From the IMG/VR virus record IMGVR_UViG_3300033076_000793, positions 1 through 37,774 of that record: a stretch of DNA of 37,774 nt, one strand, 5' to 3'. The position numbers and the translations under genes are program-made. Below, one piece after another: positions 7,155 through 13,656 of this stretch. The notes beneath the pieces were generated by a model. The model was given only the letters and a program-made list of their open reading frames with translations. It did no database searches and had not been told where the DNA came from. Positions within the stretch are counted from its first letter, which is position 1; every line of letters begins with the position of its first letter. This DNA is from a virus. Taxonomy: Duplodnaviria > Caudoviricetes.

Positions 7155-8030
7155 CTAATACATAGCGTTGATTTTTTTAAGTCGGTCGATTTTATAGTGC
7201 ATATAAGTCGGTGTTTGGTATTCCCAAATGTTACTGTCTGTTCTTGGATTTATACAAAGTTTTGATTTATATTTGCTCGGATTTTCTTGAATGTCTTTCC
7301 AGATATCTAATGCAACTTTGTAAGCCTCCCGCCCAAACTCTAACTCAATATCATTCATTCTTACTAAAGTTATTTTGTGTGGAAATACTGACTGAATGCC
7401 AACAAAGATAAAATCGTGAGCTTTTTTTCCTAAGCTGTTAAGCAAGTCGATATAAAATGACGCTTGCAAACTGTATAGTCTTTTGCCACACTCATCAACA
7501 AAGTCGTCTCCAGCGTTCACTGTCGTTTTAACATCTAATATTAAGCCTTTTTTTTCGATGTAATAATCAAGTTTGCCTTTAACTTCAATATCTCCAAATT
7601 GGCTAATATAAGCTTGCTCAGCTACTCCTCCCGTAAATAGTTTATTAATTCCATTTTCACAAACCGATTCGTAAATTCTTTTTGCTGTTTCAAAATAATC
7701 TTCCGAAACAATAGTTTTTTTATCGTTCATTATTTCAAATGACGCTTTTTGAGCCTTACCCTCTTTTGTCCTTAGGTCGCACTTAGGCATTGCCGCATAT
7801 CGCTTGTCAAGCTTTGTCGGCTCTAAAATCATACAATGAACTAAGCTTCCAAACGTCATCGCTGGAGTTACTTTTGTTTCAATCTGATTTGCTACCTCGT
7901 AAGCTTCGTCGTTTATCAGCCTCTTAAGAATTGAGGCCGAAACTGCAGGGAGTTTAAAATAGTCTTCGTCTTCTATTTCTATGCTCCCGATATTTGACGC
8001 TATTACATTGTCAAGGTCTATTTCTATCAT
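7155..8030 (-). CDS. RecE/exonuclease VIII-like PD-(D/E)XK nuclease (DUF3799-like)
   Basis: AVSAS.LK...TPAMTFGSLVHCMILEP...RTKEGK...KGKLD...ILDVKTT...YSLQASFY; adjacent to recT. Confidence 0.88.
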   Translation of the reverse strand: MIEIDLDNVIASNIGSIEIEDEDYFKLPAVSASILKRLINDEAYEVANQIETKVTPAMTFGSLVHCMILEPTKLDKRYAAMPKCDLRTKEGKAQKASFEIMNDKKTIVSEDYFETAKRIYESVCENGINKLFTGGVAEQAYISQFGDIEVKGKLDYYIEKKGLILDVKTTVNAGDDFVDECGKRLYSLQASFYIDLLNSLGKKAHDFIFVGIQSVFPHKITLVRMNDIELEFGREAYKVALDIWKDIQENPSKYKSKLCINPRTDSNIWEYQTPTYMHYKIDRLKKINAMY

Positions 8031-8920
8031 TTAACCACTCCATAATCTTTTAGATTTTTTAACCCTTGTTCGCTTAACATCATATCTCGTACCTTATCCA
8101 CTACGATATTAACATCTGCTCCCGCTTTTGCTTTTACTTCAAAAACGAATGCAATTTTATAAACTACTTTCCCATCATCTGTTATTTGAGGCTCTTCAAC
8201 TTTTATGCCTCTATCTTTCAGGTTTTGCTCGACCGTTTCCCGTCCTGCTTCACGAATTGCTTCCTGTTTCGCTCTTTCGACGGCTTCTGCTTTGTCTCTT
8301 TCCGCTTTGGCGATAATTTCAGCCTCTCTGATTCTCGCTCGCTCTTCCGCTTCAAGCTTTGCTTTTTCTGCAATTTCTCTGTCTCTTTTGGCTTTCTCTT
8401 CCGCTTCAAGCTTTGCTTTTAAAATTTCATTTTCGACTTTTTGGATTCTTGTGTCTATTTCGTTTTTGGCTTTTGTTGAGATATTTCCCGATGCGGTTAC
8501 TGAGCCTAATTGGGTAAATAAGTCGTTGATGTTTATCGCTTGAAAATCAATTCCTTTTTGTTCGGTTTGTTTTAAGAGATAATCGACGCACGCCTCTTTA
8601 GCCTGTTCAAGCTTTTTGGCTTCGAATTTTTTTACTTGCTGTTCTACTGCTGTCCTTGCGTCTGTATAATATGCTTCAATCTCTTTTGCTTTTTTATCCA
8701 AAGACTCGAAAGGCTCAAAAACCTTTTGTTTAAAAGATTTATATGTCGCCTTAAAACTATCTTTGTCTTTGTTGATTTCCGCCATAAGTTTTTTTGATTC
8801 GGTTACAGTATCTTCTGTAACAACTATGTCATATTTCTCTTTTATATCATCTTTGATTTTAATTGCTAGCGAATCCATATTGGATTCTATATCTAGCTTA
8901 TGGTTTATTATTAATTCCAC
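8027..8920 (-). CDS. DUF1351-like coiled-coil protein (recombination module)
   Basis: IVVTEDTVTESKKLMAEINK..., long charged coiled coil, usual position upstream of exo/recT. Confidence 0.7.
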   Translation of the reverse strand: MELIINHKLDIESNMDSLAIKIKDDIKEKYDIVVTEDTVTESKKLMAEINKDKDSFKATYKSFKQKVFEPFESLDKKAKEIEAYYTDARTAVEQQVKKFEAKKLEQAKEACVDYLLKQTEQKGIDFQAININDLFTQLGSVTASGNISTKAKNEIDTRIQKVENEILKAKLEAEEKAKRDREIAEKAKLEAEERARIREAEIIAKAERDKAEAVERAKQEAIREAGRETVEQNLKDRGIKVEEPQITDDGKVVYKIAFVFEVKAKAGADVNIVVDKVRDMMLSEQGLKNLKDYGVVK

Positions 8921-8921
8921 T

Positions 8922-9173
8922 TTATACTCCTTTATAATCTTCGTCTTGAAATAATTCCCAAATCTCGTCTATTTCGCAGGCGAACCATTCGCTCGCAAAC
9001 ACCTCAAACTCAAAGCCATTTAGTTCGATCAAATATTGATCGCTCCCGTCATATTGCTCCAAAATAGCTTGTCTTACCTCCATTTCGTCGCATTCCTCAA
9101 GTTCTGCGTATGATCTCATCTCTCCCCTGTTGCCGTCGGCATCACACCCGTACATTTCCTTCCAAACTCTCAT
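8922..9173 (-). CDS. Small acidic hypothetical protein
   Basis: YGCDADGNRG motif; very acidic; SD AAGGAG. Confidence 0.75.
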   Translation of the reverse strand: MRVWKEMYGCDADGNRGEMRSYAELEECDEMEVRQAILEQYDGSDQYLIELNGFEFEVFASEWFACEIDEIWELFQDEDYKGV

Positions 9174-9182
9174 CTCATCTCC

Positions 9183-9275
9183 TTAAGTAAAGCTTATGTA
9201 TAAAATGGCGTAAAATACGCCAACCGTTGCTGTTATCGCTAAATATCCGCTCAAATCATCTAAAAATTGTTTCAT
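9183..9275 (-). CDS. 30-aa hydrophobic peptide, first gene after the structured leader
   Basis: Manual ORF MKQFLDDLSGYLAITATVGVFYAILYISFT with SD AAAGGA. Confidence 0.6.
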   Translation of the reverse strand: MKQFLDDLSGYLAITATVGVFYAILYISFT

Positions 9276-9349
9276 CTTTGTTCCTTTCGTGAAATTTATA
9301 AAATCATCTTTAATGACTTTATAAAATTCAAATTGTACGGTCTGATTTT

Positions 9350-9456
9350 TTTATGGCGGTTCGGCTTATGCCGTTTCAGTTTCTCCGCCCGTCCTGCAAT
9401 TTCGCTGAGGTTGCGCCTAAGTTATACCGCCTAAGCCGGTTATCCTTTTGGGATAA
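9350..9456 (-). ncRNA. GC-rich structured leader RNA of unknown family
   Basis: Pairings 9355-60/9426-31, 9362-68/9432-38 and hairpin 9362-73 in an otherwise AT-rich intergenic region just downstream of a promoter-like motif. Confidence 0.5.
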
Positions 9457-9481
9457 AGAATATTAAGATTAATTAGCTTAA
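9457..9481 (-). promoter_or_regulatory. Putative sigma70-type promoter of the recombination operon
   Basis: TTAAGC (9476-81), 13 nt, TATTCT (9457-62) on the minus strand. Confidence 0.4.
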
Positions 9482-9500
9482 AAACATATTAACTTTTTGA

Positions 9501-9671
9501 TTATTTTATGATTTTTTTTGCATATTCCACAAAAGTTTTATAATCTGCTCTAAATCTGTACTCTTTTTTGTTTACGTTATCAATTACGATTGCTTTATAA
9601 AAAAATAGGATCACCTCTTGTCTTACAAGGTCGTATCCTACTTCTTTGATATCTTTTGATCTGATTGTCAT
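9501..9671 (-). CDS. 56-aa protein with weak KTSC-domain resemblance
   Basis: Manual ORF MTIRSKDIKEVGYDLVRQEVILFF...; ATGA overlap with the upstream stop. Confidence 0.55.
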   Translation of the reverse strand: MTIRSKDIKEVGYDLVRQEVILFFYKAIVIDNVNKKEYRFRADYKTFVEYAKKIIK

Positions 9672-9991
9672 TTTTGTTGCTCCAAAAATTTATTATAAAT
9701 GACAAAAGCAATTGTTCTTTGAGCTTCAATTGGAAACATATTAAAAAATGCTCTCTTTGCTCCATGTGGACTTATTTTGTTGCCGGTGTGGTGTTCTGCA
9801 CAAAGTGGGATCAACTGAAAGTGATTTTTTCTATCGGTTGATCTCTCTTTGACGTGGTGTCCTTCAATCATAAAATGACTTCCGCAGACTATACAGCCTA
9901 AGCTTTGATGAGCAAACCAATCAAGATATGTTTTTTCTTCTTTGGTGATTTTTATTTTTTTGTTCCATAATGTTTGCTCGGCTTTTGTCAA
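9668..9991 (-). CDS. DUF968/Ref-like HNH-fold nuclease
   Basis: YLDW...GCIVCG...EGHHV...LIPLCAEHH. Confidence 0.8.
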   Translation of the reverse strand: MTKAEQTLWNKKIKITKEEKTYLDWFAHQSLGCIVCGSHFMIEGHHVKERSTDRKNHFQLIPLCAEHHTGNKISPHGAKRAFFNMFPIEAQRTIAFVIYNKFLEQQK

Positions 9992-10644
9992 ATCTTTTGT
10001 CCTATGTTTGCAGCCAATTGCATAACTTTATTTTTTGGAGCTTTTATTTGTTTAATTTGCAAAACATTCTCAAGCTCTTCATATTGTCTTGCAAGTATAT
10101 ATTTATTTTCAACTTCTTTGAATCCTACCAAATAAATATTTGCTTTCTGAGCGTCTTCAAAATATCCATTTGACTCAGCATCTCTTTGTTCAATTCCGAC
10201 AAGGTATGCTGGCGCTTCAAAACTTATTTTGCTAAGTGTTTTATAAATATTCATAAATTCTTTTTTTAAAAATTTCCACTCATCTTCATTTGTTCTGCAA
10301 ATCTTGATCCAGCCACCCATGCGAAAAACTGTTTCCATAATATTAACATCTTTAAAGCAAACGCTATTATATGCACCAACTCGACTCATCGCACTTTCAA
10401 GCTCATGAAGCGCCAACATTGCTTTATCGTCTGAACTTCCATTGATTGCTTCAAGTATGTCTGCGGGCATCGGTAAAGATGAGTATTTTCTGTTTGATAA
10501 TATTGTAACAATTGCGCTTTTAAAATCTTCAAACTTTAAATGCTCAAGGATCATATAGTAAGATAAACATAAGCTTTTAGTTGCCTCTCTATTATATGTT
10601 TCACAAAGGATAGTAAATAATCCATAAAATTCTTGCTTAGTCAT
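9988..10644 (-). CDS. Putative helicase loader/inhibitor-like protein with a DUF6475-like domain
   Basis: MTKQEF...LPMPADI, then VGAYNSVCFKD..I...V..MGGW..IC; directly follows the replication initiator. Confidence 0.7.
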   Translation of the reverse strand: MTKQEFYGLFTILCETYNREATKSLCLSYYMILEHLKFEDFKSAIVTILSNRKYSSLPMPADILEAINGSSDDKAMLALHELESAMSRVGAYNSVCFKDVNIMETVFRMGGWIKICRTNEDEWKFLKKEFMNIYKTLSKISFEAPAYLVGIEQRDAESNGYFEDAQKANIYLVGFKEVENKYILARQYEELENVLQIKQIKAPKNKVMQLAANIGQKI

Positions 10645-11338
10645 TTAACCACTCCTCCATCGAATCTAAATTTTTTGCAGTTTTTTCAGTAAATATACCT
10701 TTTGAAACTAAAATTTTGGCATTTGAAATGATTTCATTCAAATATCCTTCAAACTTATTTCCAAATAATGTTTCTGGCCGAAGGTAAGCACTCATTTTTA
10801 AATCTTTGCCCCAAAGCATAATTTTTTTATCAATTACGGTTTTAAAATCTTCTAGCGTAAAGCCTTCATTTATTCTTGCTTTAATTAGCGATCTTGTCTT
10901 TTCTGATGAGGCCTTGTAGTTTGTGTTTGCTTTTAGGTTCAAATAAGCGACAATATCTTTTATATTATCATTATCTTTTTCTTTTACATTATCTTTTTCT
11001 TTATCTTTCTCTTTTTCTTTTTCTTTTACATTAGCATTGTTAGTAACCCCCTTATCAACCCCCTTATCAAGGGTATTAAAAAGCCCCTTATAATCAATAT
11101 TTTGTTTGCTACAATAGCCTTCAATTGATGAGGTTAGTGAATGTTTTATTGATGACCATAGAAGCTCTACTATGCTATCTGAAAAGCTTATTGACTCAAT
11201 ATCTTTTGCAAAAAACATAACATCATAAATTGCCATATTAAACTCATAAAACTGTTTTTGATTAAGTTTTTTTGATACATCATAAAATGATTTATAATAA
11301 TTTATTTTCTTTTTATGCTCATTCATTATTATCTCCAT
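10637..11338 (-). CDS. Replication initiator / replisome organizer with conserved phage C-terminal domain
   Basis: IVAYLN.KA...Y...LIKARINEGFTLEDFKTVIDKK...W...YLRPETLFGNKFEGYLN; central iteron-coded low-complexity linker. Confidence 0.88.
   Translation of the reverse strand: MEIIMNEHKKKINYYKSFYDVSKKLNQKQFYEFNMAIYDVMFFAKDIESISFSDSIVELLWSSIKHSLTSSIEGYCSKQNIDYKGLFNTLDKGVDKGVTNNANVKEKEKEKDKEKDNVKEKDNDNIKDIVAYLNLKANTNYKASSEKTRSLIKARINEGFTLEDFKTVIDKKIMLWGKDLKMSAYLRPETLFGNKFEGYLNEIISNAKILVSKGIFTEKTAKNLDSMEEWLND
10960..11090. repeat. Putative replication origin inside the initiator gene (iterons plus A/T-rich purine-biased tract)
   Basis: Tandem 12-mer aacccccttatc at 11045-56 and 11057-68, palindrome ccctt-atc-aaggg, extra cccctta at 11084-90, next to a KEKEKD-coding tract; same layout as lambdoid ori within O. 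Confidence 0.65.
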
Positions 11339-11522
11339 TCAATGCTTTAAACTTTTGAAGAGCATCAATCAGTTCATCTGTTGAGTCTATAACTATTGTT
11401 TCGTTATATTGTTTTGGCAGTCCATCAAATTCAAGATGTTCTATTTTTAAATTATTTTTGCCTATTGGAGAAAAAGACAAAACACCACTTTCTGTAACAA
11501 TTTGTAAATTAAAAATTGTCAT
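11319..11522 (-). CDS. Hypothetical protein, first gene of the replication operon
   Basis: 67-aa ORF overlapping the initiator start. Confidence 0.6.
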   Translation of the reverse strand: MTIFNLQIVTESGVLSFSPIGKNNLKIEHLEFDGLPKQYNETIVIDSTDELIDALQKFKALNGDNNE

Positions 11523-11564
11523 AATGCACTTTCAGGAATGTTATTTTAAGGAGAGTATTGGAGA

Positions 11565-11652
11565 TTCCTAGTTTCGCATACTCATAAGTCCTTAGCGAAG
11601 TAAAGGTATGCAGGCACTAGGAAACCCTTTTGCTTTACTTCACTAAAGACTT
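11565..11652 (-). ncRNA. Structured leader with two competing stems
   Basis: 20-bp helix 11586-605/11633-652 (two G-U pairs only on the minus strand) crosses stems 11565-72/11616-23 and 11576-81/11606-11. Confidence 0.55.
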
Positions 11653-11673
11653 GTTAACATTATTCAAATATTT

Positions 11674-11710
11674 AAAAAAACATCTCCCGAAAAAGGAACA
11701 AATCGGGAGA
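11674..11710 (-). terminator. Intrinsic terminator/attenuator in the replication-operon leader
   Basis: 8-bp stem tctcccga/tcgggaga (11683-90/11703-10) followed on the minus strand by UG and U7. Confidence 0.65.
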
Positions 11711-11767
11711 AATCTAGGAGAGTGATGTTTGCCGTCTAGTGATGGAGTACCTTAAACCGACAAAAGA

Positions 11768-11800
11768 ATTATATATCAAATCGCTTTAAAATATCTTAAA
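11768..11800 (-). promoter_or_regulatory. Putative sigma70 promoter for the replication operon
   Basis: TATAAT at 11768-73 with upstream TTAAAGC and TTTAAG boxes. Confidence 0.55.
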
Positions 11801-12029
11801 ACTTTGAAAAGAAATAACCTACAATTGAAATATAAATAATCGACAATCCCCATATCATAGAAGCAACTTTTGAACGAATCACGGGCAGGTCTTTTATCTC
11901 GCTTTTGATGTCTTTTATCTCATCTTGTACATTTGACAATTTGGCCAAAGTTGTATTTATACTATGCAAATCTGAGCTTATAATCTTGATGTCATTTCGC
12001 AATTCGTTGACTAAATCATCTGTATTCAT
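11796..12029 (-). CDS. XhlA-like coiled-coil plus C-terminal TM lysis accessory protein
   Basis: Heptad coiled coil then TM MIWGLSIIYISIVGYFF; follows the endolysin. Confidence 0.6.
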   Translation of the reverse strand: MNTDDLVNELRNDIKIISSDLHSINTTLAKLSNVQDEIKDIKSEIKDLPVIRSKVASMIWGLSIIYISIVGYFFSKF

Positions 12030-12047
12030 ACTAAACCTTTTTGTCTA

Positions 12048-12413
12048 TTATACCGTAACTCTTGCCCATTCAGCTTTATTTATTCCTCGACTAAAATGAG
12101 GCACATCAAGAATCTTTTTACCATTACCGCCCCAGCTATTCAACGGATCCAAGCTTTCCCAATATGCACCAAGCGGTTCAGCCTCTTTTTTAGTAGCTAA
12201 TTTGCCATTTTTAAAGATATTAAAATCAACTGCTAATCTGCTAAGATGTAAGCTGTTTAGTGTTTTACTTCGCCCTGTTTTTACATAAATAGCTTGCTGT
12301 TCAGGACTTCTAAACAATTCACCAGCTGTTAGTTCAAATCCATTTTTAAATGCAAAATCTATTAGCTTTGCTACATCTTGAACAAATTCTGATTGATGTT
12401 GTCTAAGTGTCAT
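12048..12413 (-). CDS. Endolysin, peptidase M15 (L-Ala-D-Glu type)
   Basis: ELFRSPEQQ...SLHLSRLAVD...YWESL...WGG...DVPHFS zinc-peptidase motifs. Confidence 0.92.
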   Translation of the reverse strand: MTLRQHQSEFVQDVAKLIDFAFKNGFELTAGELFRSPEQQAIYVKTGRSKTLNSLHLSRLAVDFNIFKNGKLATKKEAEPLGAYWESLDPLNSWGGNGKKILDVPHFSRGINKAEWARVTV

Positions 12414-12922
12414 TTTGCACCCCCGATAGAAATATCTTTTTGAGCTTTACTTGCGCCCCATAAATAACCCCCGTAAAGCGTGGCCATTCCATAAACTGCC
12501 ATAAATACAGTATTAAAAGCTGTTTCTCTTACTGCTATACCAAAATCAAAAACGCTCAAAAATGCAAAAAAGAAAAACGCGATCATAACCGCTAATCCAT
12601 TAAGCGAACTTGCATTTTTAGCCAACCAAGTTGCATACTGACTGTTGTTAATATCGGTTTCTCGTTTTCTTGCACTATCTCTATCTTGCGCTTCAACTTT
12701 GTATAACTCTAAATCTAATTTATTGTTTTCAAGTTGTAGTTTTTGAAGCTCAACTTCATTTTCAAGCTCGTACTGTTTAAGTTTTAATACCGTTTCTTCG
12801 CTCATATTTTGTTCAAGTTTTAATCCTGTTTTTTCTTCTACAAATTCTTTGCCTTTGGCTAAGACTGCATTACCTAAAAGATTCAATCCTTCGCTTAATA
12901 AAGCACTCACTATTGGTAACAT
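12410..12922 (-). CDS. Holin-like membrane protein (3TM/GTA-type)
   Basis: MLPIVSALL...DRDSARKRE, two TM helices, YLWGAS; start moved to ATG at 12922. Confidence 0.7.
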   Translation of the reverse strand: MLPIVSALLSEGLNLLGNAVLAKGKEFVEEKTGLKLEQNMSEETVLKLKQYELENEVELQKLQLENNKLDLELYKVEAQDRDSARKRETDINNSQYATWLAKNASSLNGLAVMIAFFFFAFLSVFDFGIAVRETAFNTVFMAVYGMATLYGGYLWGASKAQKDISIGGAK

Positions 12923-12923
12923 A

Positions 12924-13178
12924 TTAATCCTTTTTTTCTGATTTTGAGCCAACCATTATTGTAGATAAAGCACCTACAATGAATGTTGCAATTGGCGTAA
13001 TTAATTTAAAAAATTCTGCATCATTCGGAGCTTGATTTTCCATCGGTTGTGTGACAAACACAAGTGAATATAAAACTATGCAAACAATAAAGAATAAAAT
13101 AATTGCTAACATTATCCCGATAATAAATCTGAGTAATGAATCTAAATCATTTGCATTCTTCAATTTTTTCCTTTGCAA
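12924..13178 (-). CDS. Two-TM membrane protein in the lysis cassette (true start probably TTG at 13163)
   Basis: TM1 FIIGIMLAIILFFIVCIVLYSLVFV, loop QPMENQAPND, TM2 ITPIATFIVGALSTIMV. Confidence 0.7.
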   Translation of the reverse strand: MQRKKLKNANDLDSLLRFIIGIMLAIILFFIVCIVLYSLVFVTQPMENQAPNDAEFFKLITPIATFIVGALSTIMVGSKSEKKD

Positions 13179-13332
13179 TCAAGTTATCTGTACATATACC
13201 ATAAGGTATGCAATTTGGCTTTTGGCATTCTGCTTTTGACCAATTGTCGGGATTTTGGCACTCATATCTGAATCTGTCTTCGCAACCTGATAGTAGAATA
13301 ACCAAAATCAATAACTTAATTGTTTTCGACAC
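13147..13332 (-). CDS. Small Cys-rich lipoprotein
   Basis: Lipobox LLSG-C, then RFRYECQNPDNW...CQKPNC...GIC. Confidence 0.75.
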   Translation of the reverse strand: MSKTIKLLILVILLSGCEDRFRYECQNPDNWSKAECQKPNCIPYGICTDNLIAKEKIEECK

Positions 13333-13642
13333 TTCTTATAAACTCTCTAGCTTCTTGTCTTTTGATTTTTAATTCTTCCCATTCAGGAGTATATTTCAAA
13401 TCATAATCTTCACCAAATTTAAACTGTGTTGAATCTAATAGGTATTTAGCTTCATTGATAATAATTTGTTGTTTTAACAAATCTTCTTTTTGCTTTTTTA
13501 ATTCTTTTGCTTTATCTATCGTTTCGTCATCTATTGTTATGTTTGTGTTCATATCAATAAATCCATCATCTAAACCAGCAATTTGTTTGTTTGTCAATTC
13601 AGCAATACAATCTATAAGTGGTATATCAATTTGTTTTTCCAT
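13316..13642 (-). CDS. Tail fibre assembly / XkdW-like protein
   Basis: Start moved to ATG at 13642 (SD AAAGGA); C-terminal EAKYLLDST...KRQEAREFI; follows the receptor-binding protein. Confidence 0.65.
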   Translation of the reverse strand: MEKQIDIPLIDCIAELTNKQIAGLDDGFIDMNTNITIDDETIDKAKELKKQKEDLLKQQIIINEAKYLLDSTQFKFGEDYDLKYTPEWEELKIKRQEAREFIRSVENN

Positions 13643-13656
13643 AATTTTTTCCTTTA

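Noticed and set aside
8342-8420. 25-bp direct repeat (8342-66 and 8396-420)
   Set aside because: Encodes KAKLEAEE twice in a coiled coil; an ordinary intragenic duplication, not a CRISPR or att site.
9340-9460. GC-rich intergenic stretch as the DGR template repeat, a tRNA or a glycine/c-di-GMP riboswitch
   Set aside because: No alignment to the VR, no cloverleaf or T-loop, and only fragmentary resemblance to riboswitch consensus; kept as an unknown structured RNA.
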